Positions 55,668 to 66,211 of a DNA stretch of 124,000 nt are shown in pieces. The DNA comes from Hyalangium minutum. GTDB taxonomy: Bacteria; Myxococcota; Myxococcia; Myxococcales; Myxococcaceae. The notes below the pieces were generated by a model. It was not told the DNA's origin and made no database searches. It was given only the letters and a program-made list of their open reading frames with translations. The stretch is taken from assembly GCF_000737315.1 (NCBI RefSeq), contig NZ_JMCB01000001.1, positions 20,001 to 144,000 of the forward strand, in the 5' to 3' direction. The position numbers and the translations under genes were made by a program. Numbering within the stretch: position 1 is the stretch's first letter; every line of letters starts with the position of its first letter.

Positions 55668-58600
55668 GTGAACCGACGCTCCACTGCTGCCGCCCTGCTG
55701 CTGACGCTGTTGCCCGGCATGGCGCTCGCCCAGGTCTTCGTCTATCCCCGCCGCGCTGACCGGAGCCAGGTCACCACCTTCGACTTCGAGTGGCGGCACG
55801 TCGATATCCTCGTGGGTCCCGCCGCCAAGGGCGAGGCCGCACCGCCCGAGAAGGCCGACCCGCTGCCCCCGGGCGTTCCCGGAGGCGCGATCCCAGCGGC
55901 GCCCACGATGCCACCGGAGGTCAGCTCTTCCTCCCGCCCGATCGCCGAGCCGCCCCAGGAGACGGAGCAAGTCACCACCACTCCGCCCACGAGCAACGAG
56001 CCACTGGCCCTGGCGGGAGGCCTGGACGGTGGTGTCCCGATGGATGGCGGCGTGGCGTCGGTCGAGCCGACCCAGCCCGCGAACGCGGCGATGTGGGCCG
56101 GCGGCGGCGCGGACGGCGGCACCCCGGCGGACGGCGGCGTGAAGTACGCCAAGTCGCTGGGAGAGAGCACGGGCGGCGTGCGCTTCTACTTCTACGAGCG
56201 CGAGCGCCAGGTGGCCGAGCGCGCCGCGCCGCTCATCGAGGACTCGTACCGGTACCTGGTGGAGCAGTTCAAGTACGTGCCCACCGAGACGTTCCCCTAC
56301 ATCCTCTACAACAGCTACCAGGAGTTCCTGCAGACCAACGTCTTCGCCGTGTCGGAGGGCACGCTCGGCGTCACCAGCACCGAGGACCTGAAGCTCTCGC
56401 TGCCGTACCTGGGAGACCACCGGCTCTTCCACGAGATCAGCACCCACGAGCTGGCGCACCAGTTCACCATCCAGAAGGTGCGCACCATCGCCAACACGAA
56501 GAAGACCTTTGGCGATCCGCTCCAGAACATCCCGCTGTGGTTCATCGAAGGCCTGGCCGAGTTCTACGCGAAGAACGGCCTGGATCCCGAGGCGGAGATG
56601 CTGGTGCGGGACTTGATGGCGAACCCGGACGTGATGAAGGGCTATGCCTTCCTCGACTTCTTCTCGCCTGGGCCGTACGGGTACCTGTGGATCTACAAGG
56701 CGGGCCAGGCGCGCGTGACGTTCCTGGAGGAGGAGTACGGCAAGGGCTTCATCCAGCGGGTGCTGGACGAGTCACCCAAGCTCATCTCCGGCGGGAAGGA
56801 CTCGGGCTCGGTGAAGTTCGAGGAGCTGCTGCAGCGGCTCACGGGCGACGAGCCCAAGAAGATCTCCGCCCGCTTCGAGAACTGGATGAAGCGGCGCGCC
56901 TTCAAGGGCTACCTCAGCTCCGAGCAGGCGGCGCCCGCGTTCGAGGAGATGGAGGATCGCTCCGGCATCACCACCGCGATGAACAGCTCGCCGGACGGCA
57001 AGGTGATCCTGTACCGGACCATCATCCCGGACACGGGCGAGAGCCGGCTGTACCTGGTAGACCCGAAGGCGCCCTCCAGCGCCATCAAGGTGGCCAATGA
57101 CGGAGTGCCGGGCGCCGAGTCCCTCCATCCCATCTTCGGGCGCAACTTCGCGCTGACGAAGGACAAGTTCGTCTTCACCGCGGAGTCCAACGGGCGCGAC
57201 GTCATCTACGTGCAGAACTACTCGTACACCTCCGAGCAGAAGACGAACGACGAGCTGGTGCGCCGCGGCGCCATGCGCACGGGATTCCAGCGACAGACGA
57301 GCGTCTCAGTGGATCTGGATGCGGGCAACCGCGTGGCGTACCGCGTGGGCCAGCACGGGCTGCTCGGAATTCCCGCCGTGGCCTTCTCGCCGGACGGACA
57401 GTGGCTGGCGTTCATCGGCATCAACGACGCGGGCATCCGGGACGTGTACGTGCTCGCGCTGAAGGATGGTGAGGACGCCAAGCCCCGGAAGCTCACGGAT
57501 GACCTGTACGCCGAGCGGCAGATCACCTGGGGCCCGAGCGGCATCATCTACACCTCGGACGCGACGTCGCACCGCTTCTACAACCTGTTCCGCATCAAGC
57601 CGGACGCGCCGGGACAGCCCGAGCGCCTCACCAGCCAGGCACAGGATCAGGCGGATCCGGTGGCCCTGGATGACGGCCGCATCTTCTTCGTGGAGTGGCA
57701 CCACAGCAGCTCGGATCTGCACGAGCTGAAGACGGACGGCTCCATCGTGCGGCGCACGGATGTCACCACCGGCGTCTTCGAGCCGGGCCCAGGTCCCGAG
57801 GGTGGCCTGTGGATGCTGTTCCACCAGTCCGGTGAGCGTCGGCCGTCGCTGCTGCGCGCGTCGAAGATGCTGAGCCTGGCCACGGAGGCGGCACCTCCGG
57901 CCGAGCCGCCCACGCCGCTGGCCTTCATGCCGCTGACGGGGGCCGAGAACTACCGGCCCTTCGCCCGGCAGAACATCGAGGTGGGGCCCATCTTCGGCTT
58001 CGCTGGCGCAGGCAGTGGAGGCTTCTACGGCCAGGTGTTTGCCATGGCGAGCGACCGGATGAAGAACCACGCCATGCTGCTCAACATGGCCATCTACGGC
58101 TCGTTCAAGCTGACCGATGGCGTGCTGCTCTATGTGAACCAGGAGAAGCGCACGGTGTGGGGCGTGGGCCTCTTCCAGTCGCTGCGTTTCCGGTTGGATG
58201 AGAGCTTTGGATCGCTGGGCACCACGTTCTTCTCGGGCGAGCGGTACTACGGCGCCATCGGCAGCGTGCGCTACCCACTCAGCACCTTCCTCTACTTGCA
58301 AGGCGAGCTGACCGCGGGCGGCACCTCGTACTTCATCGACTCGTATACGGCCTTCCGCCTGGAGAACCCGACGTTCAATAACTCGGGCCAGAACCTGTAC
58401 CGGCCCTGGCTGGATGCCAACGACAAGTCGCGCTTCCAGACGGAGCTGACGGGACAGATTGGCTACAACACCATCCGCTACCACTATGCGACGGGACCGC
58501 TGTCCGGGAGCTCGGCGCTGTTGGAGGCGGCCGTGGGCGCACAGCCGTTCAACAGCGAGGCCTACAGCAACATCCGGTTGGATCTGGAGCGCTATTTCCC

Positions 58601-59129
58601 CATCTACGGGCGTAGCAACATCTTCATCCGCGCCGCGGGCGGAAGCACGTTCGGTGGCAAGTATGCGCGCTCGTACTTCCTGTCGAGCTTCGACACGCTG
58701 CGCGGCGTGAACTTCGGAGACGAGGAGTGGCTGCTGGGCCGCAACTTCGCCTACTCCACGCTGGAATTGCAGGTGCCGCTCAACGACATCATCCGGGTCG
58801 CCTTCTTGAGCGACTTGGAGGCCATCGCTGGCGTGGACGTCGGCGGCGTGGGCAACACGACACGGCGGCTGTGGGATCGGCGCACGCTGGACTTCGCGGT
58901 GGGCTTCAACCTCTCACTCGGGCCTCTGCTGATGCGCCTGCACTTCGCGCGGCCGGTGGACATCGGCGCGCCGGTTGGCAAGCCGGATGACGGATGGGTG
59001 ACGAACTTCTCGATCGGCATCGCTGGCCTCAACGGCTTCTTCGATCGGAAGGGAGAAGGCGACGTCCGGCCTTCACCCGGCCTCCCACCCGGAGCGGGCA
59101 TCGGCCGCATCGGCATGCCTATGCAGTAG
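55668..59129 (+). CDS. Omp85-family protein with N-terminal gluzincin peptidase and TolB/WD40-like propeller
   Basis: HELAH...WFIEGLAEF; AFSPDG propeller repeats; C-terminal barrel with FDTLRG and MRLHFARP. Confidence 0.75.
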   Translation: MNRRSTAAALLLTLLPGMALAQVFVYPRRADRSQVTTFDFEWRHVDILVGPAAKGEAAPPEKADPLPPGVPGGAIPAAPTMPPEVSSSSRPIAEPPQETEQVTTTPPTSNEPLALAGGLDGGVPMDGGVASVEPTQPANAAMWAGGGADGGTPADGGVKYAKSLGESTGGVRFYFYERERQVAERAAPLIEDSYRYLVEQFKYVPTETFPYILYNSYQEFLQTNVFAVSEGTLGVTSTEDLKLSLPYLGDHRLFHEISTHELAHQFTIQKVRTIANTKKTFGDPLQNIPLWFIEGLAEFYAKNGLDPEAEMLVRDLMANPDVMKGYAFLDFFSPGPYGYLWIYKAGQARVTFLEEEYGKGFIQRVLDESPKLISGGKDSGSVKFEELLQRLTGDEPKKISARFENWMKRRAFKGYLSSEQAAPAFEEMEDRSGITTAMNSSPDGKVILYRTIIPDTGESRLYLVDPKAPSSAIKVANDGVPGAESLHPIFGRNFALTKDKFVFTAESNGRDVIYVQNYSYTSEQKTNDELVRRGAMRTGFQRQTSVSVDLDAGNRVAYRVGQHGLLGIPAVAFSPDGQWLAFIGINDAGIRDVYVLALKDGEDAKPRKLTDDLYAERQITWGPSGIIYTSDATSHRFYNLFRIKPDAPGQPERLTSQAQDQADPVALDDGRIFFVEWHHSSSDLHELKTDGSIVRRTDVTTGVFEPGPGPEGGLWMLFHQSGERRPSLLRASKMLSLATEAAPPAEPPTPLAFMPLTGAENYRPFARQNIEVGPIFGFAGAGSGGFYGQVFAMASDRMKNHAMLLNMAIYGSFKLTDGVLLYVNQEKRTVWGVGLFQSLRFRLDESFGSLGTTFFSGERYYGAIGSVRYPLSTFLYLQGELTAGGTSYFIDSYTAFRLENPTFNNSGQNLYRPWLDANDKSRFQTELTGQIGYNTIRYHYATGPLSGSSALLEAAVGAQPFNSEAYSNIRLDLERYFPIYGRSNIFIRAAGGSTFGGKYARSYFLSSFDTLRGVNFGDEEWLLGRNFAYSTLELQVPLNDIIRVAFLSDLEAIAGVDVGGVGNTTRRLWDRRTLDFAVGFNLSLGPLLMRLHFARPVDIGAPVGKPDDGWVTNFSIGIAGLNGFFDRKGEGDVRPSPGLPPGAGIGRIGMPMQ

Positions 59130-59171
59130 CGGCGCGTGCGCTCCGTGGCGGTGGCGTCCTGAGCCCACCGC

Positions 59172-59645
59172 TCAGGACTGCGCGGCCACGAGCGCCGCGT
59201 TGGCCCGAGCCAGGGGCCCCCCATCGTTCCGGGGGATCCGCTCGAAGTCGCCGCGCAGTGCCTTGAGCGCGAACTTCTCCAAGTCGATCTCCCGGCGCGT
59301 GCGCACGCCACCCACGGCGCGCACCAACTCGGCCAGGGGCCCGAAGCCCACAAGCCCATGCTGGAGCATCAGCCCTGCGGCGATGCCTCCCAGGATGCGC
59401 CAGTGGCCGCCGTCCCGCCGGGCCAGCCACAGTCCCAGCACCGCGACCGCCGAGCCCGCCACCATCACCGCCCGGTGGATGTCCCACTCCCGCTCGAGCT
59501 TCTGGAGGTAGCGGGAGATCTCCGCCCGATCCTGCTGGGCCATGTGGCGTACGCAGCGCTCCACCCGCTCGTCGATGCGCTGGTTGACATCCTTGGGCGC
59601 GTGCGAGCGCACCGCGTCGGCCGCTGTCTGGTTCCAGGACTCCAT
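59172..59645 (-). CDS. Membrane protein (DUF2892/YgaP-like)
   Basis: Two C-terminal hydrophobic helices; RTRREIDLEKFALKALRGDF; start uncertain. Confidence 0.55.
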   Translation of the reverse strand: MESWNQTAADAVRSHAPKDVNQRIDERVERCVRHMAQQDRAEISRYLQKLEREWDIHRAVMVAGSAVAVLGLWLARRDGGHWRILGGIAAGLMLQHGLVGFGPLAELVRAVGGVRTRREIDLEKFALKALRGDFERIPRNDGGPLARANAALVAAQS

Positions 59646-59983
59646 GGAGTGCTCCCTCGCTGTCGCAGTCAGACCCTGCTTCCAAAGGTAGGGGTGGGAT
59701 CGGGCCGCTGCCGCTGCCGCTCCCCCTCGGGTTCTGACGTCCTCTCCGCCGAGGAGCGGCCGAGCGAGCCTCCGAACACTCCGTGCCAGGCGCTCAGGAA
59801 TGGCTGTCGCAGATAACTCTCTCAGCTTGAGACTTGAGAATGTCTGAGACACTTCATCCGAGCCCAGGCCATGTGCCTTCTGGCTTCTACCGTCTGACAG
59901 ATTAGACATGGATGGCCTGTTATTTCCGAGTTCGCACCTCATCTTGATTTTCGGCCCCCGCTGAAAACCCCAAGGAGGATGCC

Positions 59984-60745
59984 ATGCGGAAACTCCCCCT
60001 CGTCGCAGTGCTGCCGCTCACCCTGTCCCTCGAGGCCTGCGGCCCCGAAGCGCTAGAGGAGGAGCCGGTGGAAGAGTTCGGAGCGCTCCAGAGCGCCAAG
60101 CAGGAGTTGACCTTCGCGGCTCGGGGATCCTGGGTGGCCCCCAACCCCGCCACGCCTCTGGCCTCCACGTCCGACCGGGCCTGCTTCTTCACGCGCCTGG
60201 GCGGGGCCTTCGATACGGGCGGAGACTCGCTCCGCATCGCCGCACTGTGGGAGCGGTGGCATGTCGACGGAACGGGCTCGACGCGGGCCGCCGCCGCATG
60301 CGCCGGGATGCGCGACACCCATGAATACACCACAGGCTACGATTGGGCCGCGGGCCAGCAGCCGACGAACCTGGGCCCGGTGAATGGCCGGGTGTGCTTC
60401 CTGACGCGTGTGGGCGGGAGCTTCAACCACCCGACGGACTGGATCGGCGTGTACCAGAGTGGAGGCTCGTGGTTCCTGTCAGGAGCCTCGCAAGCTCGGA
60501 ATGGCTCCGCGCGTGCGCGGTGCCTCACGGTGGACTCCTACAGCGGCGAGTACTCGTGGAGCCAGGAGGCTCGCAACTCCACGTACATGGGGCTCGCGGG
60601 GAACAAGGTCTGCGCCCTCACATCCATGGCGGGACAGTTCGACAGCGACAACGAGTTCGTCGAGATCAGCAAGGCCGTGGGCAACTGGTACCTCAGCGGA
60701 GGCTCCTCGCGCTCGGGAGTCTCCGCCAAGGCCCGGTGCTTCTGA
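59984..60745 (+). CDS. Lipoprotein with three Cys-containing repeats
   Basis: Lipobox LEAC; repeats ACFFTRLGGAF, VCFLTRVGGSF and VCALTSMAGQF. Confidence 0.7.
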   Translation: MRKLPLVAVLPLTLSLEACGPEALEEEPVEEFGALQSAKQELTFAARGSWVAPNPATPLASTSDRACFFTRLGGAFDTGGDSLRIAALWERWHVDGTGSTRAAAACAGMRDTHEYTTGYDWAAGQQPTNLGPVNGRVCFLTRVGGSFNHPTDWIGVYQSGGSWFLSGASQARNGSARARCLTVDSYSGEYSWSQEARNSTYMGLAGNKVCALTSMAGQFDSDNEFVEISKAVGNWYLSGGSSRSGVSAKARCF

Positions 60746-60775
60746 GGCGCCGTCCTCACGCCCCTCTCCTGCAGC

Positions 60776-62278
60776 CTAGGGGAGCCTCTCGGACTGCGAG
60801 TGGCGAGACGACTCATCGCATTCATCCTCAGGCCGGAAGGGCAAGGCCCACAGCTCCCGGCCAGCGCTGTCTTCCGCGGTGAAGAAGACATCCCAGCCCG
60901 AGCGCACGAAGCCGCTCGGCGAGGACGAGGCAGGCCCCGGGTTCAACTCCTTCAGTCGCTCGGTGCCTGACGTCGTGCCATCGCTCACCCACAGTTCGCG
61001 GCCTCGCCCCCCTGTCTCCGCGCTGAAGAAGAGCGTGCCTTGAATGGCAGTGAGTCCCTCGGGTGAAGACGAGCCCGGCCCACGCTCCAGGTCCTTGAAG
61101 AGGCGCGTTCCCCCGGCAGTGCCGTCCGTCACCCACAGCTCGCGACCCTTGCCTCCGCCATTGTCCGCAGCGAAGAAGACGCGCCCGTTCAGCACCGCGA
61201 GCGCTTCGGGCGCGGAGCTCTCCGGGCCAGGACGGATGTCCTTGATCAGCCGCGTCCCCTTCACGGTGCCGTCGCTCGTCCACAGCTCCTCTCCCTCGGG
61301 CTCTCCACCGAAGTCCGTGCCGTTGAAGTTCCCGCCCGCGCTGAACACGAGCCGGTTTCCAAGCGCCACGAAGTCATGCGGGTACTCGCCATGGAAGAAG
61401 CGCAGCTCGCGCGTGCTGGCCGGCGTGCCGTCCGTCTTCCACAGGCTGGCCTCGCCCTCGTCGTTGTCCACGAGGAAGAAGATGCGCGACTTCACCGGCG
61501 TGAGATTGAAAATGAAGTTGTCCTCGAAGCGCTCTAGCACGGAGACAGCACCCGGCTTGCCCATGCTGCGGAACACGTGGACGCTCCTGGGCTGGCTGCC
61601 CACGAAGTAGAAGGCTTGCTGCGTCCGCGCGAAGCGGCGAGGGAAGGTGCTCTCGGGTCCCGGGTTGAGCTCCTCCACCATGCGCGTGCCGCCCGCCGTG
61701 CCATCACTGCGCCACAGCTCTCCTCCATGCACACCGTCGTTCGCGCCGAAGTAGAGCACCCCATCGAACTCTTGGAAGCGGCGCTCGTCCCGGAAAGGAG
61801 AGGGGTCGATGGCGCTGTCTCCCCCGGGGAGGATGTCCTTCACGAGATGGGTGCCCGCGGCGGTCCCGTCGCTCACCCACAGCTCTTGCCCATTCACGCC
61901 GTTATCGGCCGAGAAGAAGACCTGGTCCCCCACCTGCGTGAGATCCTGCAGGTTCGAGCCCTCCGCTCCGGGACGGATATCCTTCACCAGGAAGGTGCCC
62001 GTGCCGCCCGTGCCGCTGCTGGCCCACAGCTCGCGTCCGTGAATGCCGTCATCCGCGGTGAAGAAGAGGAGGCGGTTACTGTTGACCAGTTCTTGCGGAT
62101 CAGAGCCGTCGGGGCCGGGACGGATATCCGCCAGCCGCTTGGCGGTGTCGCCACAGGGCTCCGAAGAGCTGGCGAGTGCCACAGCCTCGGTATCCGCGGA
62201 CGGGCCAGGATCCTCGAGGGGCTCCTGCGCAGAGGATACACAAGCCAAGAGCAGCGGAAGCAAGTGCCAGGGTTTCAC
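60776..62278 (-). CDS. ELWxxDGT repeat protein
   Basis: Repeated ELWxSDGT...VKDIRPG. Confidence 0.9.
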   Translation of the reverse strand: MKPWHLLPLLLACVSSAQEPLEDPGPSADTEAVALASSSEPCGDTAKRLADIRPGPDGSDPQELVNSNRLLFFTADDGIHGRELWASSGTGGTGTFLVKDIRPGAEGSNLQDLTQVGDQVFFSADNGVNGQELWVSDGTAAGTHLVKDILPGGDSAIDPSPFRDERRFQEFDGVLYFGANDGVHGGELWRSDGTAGGTRMVEELNPGPESTFPRRFARTQQAFYFVGSQPRSVHVFRSMGKPGAVSVLERFEDNFIFNLTPVKSRIFFLVDNDEGEASLWKTDGTPASTRELRFFHGEYPHDFVALGNRLVFSAGGNFNGTDFGGEPEGEELWTSDGTVKGTRLIKDIRPGPESSAPEALAVLNGRVFFAADNGGGKGRELWVTDGTAGGTRLFKDLERGPGSSSPEGLTAIQGTLFFSAETGGRGRELWVSDGTTSGTERLKELNPGPASSSPSGFVRSGWDVFFTAEDSAGRELWALPFRPEDECDESSRHSQSERLP

Positions 62279-62451
62279 GGACGTCTCCTTTGCGAGCCTG
62301 CCGGCCAAGCCGCGCCGAGCGCGCAGTCTGGTGCATGCCCACCTGGCGCATGAATGGCGCACCAGTGCGAGGGCACAGCCTCCGAGACGACAGCATGTCC
62401 CTGCCAGCACGGGAGTGAACCTGGCCCTTGGCCTCGAGGACACCCAGCACC

Positions 62452-62961
62452 TCACCCTCCAGCGGTGAGGGCTCCTTCGAACTCCAGCAGCCACTTTTTC
62501 GTGGGCAGCCCTCCGCCGAAGCCGGTGAGCGCTCCGTTGGAGCCGATCACCCGATGGCATGGCACGATGATCGGCAGAGGGTTCTGGCCATTGGCGAGGC
62601 CCACCGCGCGCACAGCCGTCGGCCGGCCGATGCGGCTCGCGATGTGGGCATAGGTGACGGTCTGGCCGAAGGGGATGCGGCTCAGGGCCTGCCACACCTG
62701 CTGCTGGAACTCCGTGCCGCTCGGGGCGAGCTTCACGCCCTCGAAGGCCATCCGTTTCCCGGCGAAGTACTCCTGGAGCGCTGTGCTCGCGTCCGCGAGG
62801 TGAGCGCGGGCGAGCGCCGTTCCCTGTGCCACCGGCAGATCCTGCTCGTCAATGGGGAACAGCACGGCGACGAGGCCCTCCTCGTTCGCGGCGAGCCTCA
62901 GCTCTCCGATGGGTGTCTTCAGGCGCTTCGTGGCCATCGCGTCGGTCATGCGGATCTTCAT
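62452..62961 (-). CDS. ogt: Methylated-DNA--protein-cysteine methyltransferase
   Basis: IPFGQTVTY, RAVG and PCHRV motifs. Confidence 0.92.
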   Translation of the reverse strand: MKIRMTDAMATKRLKTPIGELRLAANEEGLVAVLFPIDEQDLPVAQGTALARAHLADASTALQEYFAGKRMAFEGVKLAPSGTEFQQQVWQALSRIPFGQTVTYAHIASRIGRPTAVRAVGLANGQNPLPIIVPCHRVIGSNGALTGFGGGLPTKKWLLEFEGALTAGG

Positions 62962-62977
62962 GGTGGGTCCTCCCAAA

Positions 62978-64462
62978 TCAGGCTGCGGAGCTCGAGGTCC
63001 GCTCGAGCATCGGCTCCGTCCACAGCAACAGCGCCGCGTAGCCGCGCCAGGGCCGCCACGCCTCCGCCATCCGTTCGAGCGCCCGAGGTGCAATGGGCAC
63101 TCCACCGCCCGCCACCTTGCGCAGGCCGAGGTCCGCCGAGGGAAAGGCATCCGGTTCGCCCAGGGCGCGCAGGGCCACGTAGTGAGCCGTCCACTCGCCA
63201 ATTCCTGGCAGTGTCACGAGCCTCGCGACGCTCTCTTCCAGGCTTACGCTTGGCTTCAGCTCGCAGGCTCCCGAAGCACATGCCGCAGCCAGCCCCTTCA
63301 AGGCCTGCTCTCGCCCCGTCGTGAGCCCAAGCCCTGACAGGTCCGCGCGGGCCAGTTCCTCGGGAGATGGGAAGAGATGGGTGAGGCCGTTCCTCGGCGA
63401 GGGGAGCGGCGTGCCGCTGCGCTGGACCACGCGCCCCGCCAACGTCGTGGCCCCCTTCACGGAGACCTGCTGGCCCAGCACGGCCCGGATCGCCAGCTCG
63501 AAGGGCTCGAATGCTCCTGGGACGCGCAGCCCTCGCGCCTGCGCAAGCCGAGGCCCGACGATCGGATCGTCTCCGAGCGCCGCTGTGATTGCCGCCGGAT
63601 CCGCGTCCAGGTCGAACAGCCGGCGCACACGCGCCACGATCTGCCGCACGGGCAGCGCGCCGGCCCCGTCGATCCGGACTGACAGCGCGTGCCGATCCGG
63701 CTGATGGGTGACCTCGATCGTGCCGGTGCTGCCACCGAGCCGGTAGGTCCGGCGGTACGTCTCCGCGTCCACCTGCTCAACGCCCGGAATCGCCCGCCCT
63801 GCTAGGTAGGCAAGGACTCGGGCCCAGTCGAAGGGCGGACGGTAGCCGAGCCTCAAAGAGATGGCCGCAGCCGCTGGGGTACCGCTGGCCTTGGAAGCCC
63901 GGCGGAGCTCGCTGGGGTTGCGGCGGTAGACGGTCCGCACGGCGTCATTGAAGCGGCGGAGGCTCTGGAAACCCGCAGCCGCCGCAATCTCGCTGAAGGG
64001 TAGCTCTGTCTCGGTAATGAGCTGCTTGGCCAGTAACAGGCGCCGGTTGCCCGCCACCGCCTGGGGGCTCGCACCCAGGTGCTTCACAAACAGCCGGTGG
64101 AGCTGCCGGGCGCCGATGCCCACCCGTGCGGCGAGCTGCTCGACCGAGCCCTCGTCGAGCGCTCCCTCTTCGATCATCCTCAGGGCCCGCGCCACGCTGG
64201 CCTCGGTTCCCGCCCAGGCGGGGGTGCCAGGGGCCGTCTCCGGGCGGCAGCGCAGGCAAGAGCGGTAGCCGAGGGCCTCAGCTGCAGCGGCGCTTGGGAC
64301 GAAGAAGCAGTTCTCCCGCTTTGGCGTCCGGGCCGGGCACACCGGGCGGCAGTAGATCCGCGTGGTCTTGACGCAGACAAAGAAGCGCCCGTCGAACCGA
64401 GCGTCACGCCCACAGAGCGCGCGGTAACAGAGGTCCTGGTCAAGGAGGTCGTCAGCGGCCAT
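62978..64462 (-). CDS. alkA: Ada-AlkA fusion (Ada Zn domain, AraC HTH, 3-methyladenine glycosylase)
   Basis: YCRPVCP, GYRSCLRCRP, LPGIGEWTA, FPSAD and WRPWRGYA motifs. Confidence 0.9.
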   Translation of the reverse strand: MAADDLLDQDLCYRALCGRDARFDGRFFVCVKTTRIYCRPVCPARTPKRENCFFVPSAAAAEALGYRSCLRCRPETAPGTPAWAGTEASVARALRMIEEGALDEGSVEQLAARVGIGARQLHRLFVKHLGASPQAVAGNRRLLLAKQLITETELPFSEIAAAAGFQSLRRFNDAVRTVYRRNPSELRRASKASGTPAAAAISLRLGYRPPFDWARVLAYLAGRAIPGVEQVDAETYRRTYRLGGSTGTIEVTHQPDRHALSVRIDGAGALPVRQIVARVRRLFDLDADPAAITAALGDDPIVGPRLAQARGLRVPGAFEPFELAIRAVLGQQVSVKGATTLAGRVVQRSGTPLPSPRNGLTHLFPSPEELARADLSGLGLTTGREQALKGLAAACASGACELKPSVSLEESVARLVTLPGIGEWTAHYVALRALGEPDAFPSADLGLRKVAGGGVPIAPRALERMAEAWRPWRGYAALLLWTEPMLERTSSSAA

Positions 64463-64534
64463 GGGGTGCAGATATCGCGTCCCTGCCCCGGGCGCTCGCC
64501 AGAATCGGACGTGACGGTATGGGTAGGATTCGGA

Positions 64535-65668
64535 CTACTGGGCGAGGTATGCGTCCAGCTCATCCCGGAAATAGCGCAGCCCCTGCTCGAAGCGCGCAAG
64601 CCGCATGAACTCGTTCGCCCCCGAGCTCAGCCCGGCCTGGATGGACTCGCCCATCGTCATGTCCTCCATCACCGCGCCCACCAGGATGTCCATGTTCTTC
64701 TGCCAGTAGCGCGCCGCCTTCTCCGTCTCCGGCCGCTGCGGCAGCAGCCAGAACGTCCGGTACTCCGTCCGGTCTGGCCCCAGCGGATGCACCGTGCTGA
64801 TCGACACGTGATCCGGCTGGATCAGCAGCAGCACGTTCGGGAAGAGCTGGAACAGCACGTTGGCGTGCTTGCGCAGCTCCCACCCCTGCTCCGGCGCCCC
64901 CGCCAGCTCCTGGATGGTCCGCTTGGGGAAGATGCAGCGGATGTGCGGCGGCAGCCGATCCACCAGCCCCACGTTGTTGAAGAAGATCGGGTAGATGGAC
65001 TCCCGATGCGCGTACTTGAGGTGGTACGCCTCCAGGAAGATCTCGATCGCGATCTTCCAGTTGAGCCGCTTCTCGAAGCGATGGATCTGGTGCGCCACGT
65101 GCCGCTCCAGCCCGAAGCCCGCCAGTTCGCCCAGCACCGGGCCGAGGAAGGAGTCCACGTCTGGCCCGCCGGGCTCCAGCGTTACCCACAGCAAGCCCAG
65201 CCGCTCCACCATCGGCACCCGGACCAGGCCCACCGTCTCCGAAGGCCGGCTCGGGAACCCCACTTCGTCCGGAACTCCGCGCAGCCGCCCGGAGGAGTCA
65301 TAAGTCCAGCCATGGTACGGGCACACGAAGGCCTGCTTGTGCCGCCCCTGCTCCTCCCGCACCAGCCGCGTGCCCCGGTGGCGACAGACATTCAGGAAGC
65401 ACGTCAGCTCGCCCGAGGCCGTCCGGCACAACAGCAGCGGCGTCCCCGTCGCGTCATGCGTCAGGTAGTCGCCGGGCTCGGCCAGCTGGGACGCGTGGCC
65501 CACGAGCAGCGGCAGCTTGCGAAACAGCCGCCGCTCCGCCTCGTAGCGCTCCGGCTGGAGGTACGGCGCAACGGGCAGCCGCGACTCCTCCTCCACCATG
65601 TGCGTGGTGCCCGTGCGCAAGTGCTCCAGCACCCGGTGGATCAGCTCAACCTGCTTCGCGTGCTCCAC
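64535..65668 (-). CDS. Rieske ring-hydroxylating oxygenase alpha subunit
   Basis: CRHRG...CPYHGW Rieske motif; EAYH...H mononuclear iron motif. Confidence 0.9.
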   Translation of the reverse strand: MEHAKQVELIHRVLEHLRTGTTHMVEEESRLPVAPYLQPERYEAERRLFRKLPLLVGHASQLAEPGDYLTHDATGTPLLLCRTASGELTCFLNVCRHRGTRLVREEQGRHKQAFVCPYHGWTYDSSGRLRGVPDEVGFPSRPSETVGLVRVPMVERLGLLWVTLEPGGPDVDSFLGPVLGELAGFGLERHVAHQIHRFEKRLNWKIAIEIFLEAYHLKYAHRESIYPIFFNNVGLVDRLPPHIRCIFPKRTIQELAGAPEQGWELRKHANVLFQLFPNVLLLIQPDHVSISTVHPLGPDRTEYRTFWLLPQRPETEKAARYWQKNMDILVGAVMEDMTMGESIQAGLSSGANEFMRLARFEQGLRYFRDELDAYLAQ

Positions 65669-65710
65669 GGCGATCCTCCGGGCCAGGCCTGGCGGCGTGC
65701 GGCCGGAAGC

Positions 65711-66127
65711 TTACCCCCAGGGCCGCAGGATCAGCAGGTAGATCGGGAGCGCGGCCTCGAGGGCGTAGGTCGACAGCGCGCCCGGAATCTGGATGGCGGA
65801 TGAGCCCTTGATCAGCCCCACCGCGTGAAGGATGCGCGACACGACCAGCGCGCCCCCAAAGATGTGGAGCAGTGTCGAGGAGCCGCCACACAGCTCGGCC
65901 GCCAGCAGCAGGATGAGGAGCAGCGGCACGTGCTCCACGCTGTTGCCATGCGCACGGATCGCGCCGATCAGCTCGGCATGTCCCCCATCGCCTCGGAACG
66001 TGTTGTACTTGCCGCGCAGCCGGCTCACGTTGAGCCCCAGCCCCAAGAGCAGCAGAGAGCTCAGGGCTCCGTAGAGCGCTGTCACCGGGACCGCCACCAG
66101 CGCCGTCCCCAAAAGCGGATTGGCCAT
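65711..66127 (-). CDS. MAPEG family protein
   Basis: RAHGNSVEHVP...SRILHA. Confidence 0.88.
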   Translation of the reverse strand: MANPLLGTALVAVPVTALYGALSSLLLLGLGLNVSRLRGKYNTFRGDGGHAELIGAIRAHGNSVEHVPLLLILLLAAELCGGSSTLLHIFGGALVVSRILHAVGLIKGSSAIQIPGALSTYALEAALPIYLLILRPWG

Positions 66128-66211
66128 TGTCTTCACCTCTTCCATCGAGTCCGGGCCGCACCATAAACGCATCCCGGACTCCTGGCAGGTTTTGACGCGG
66201 GCCCAGCCTCC

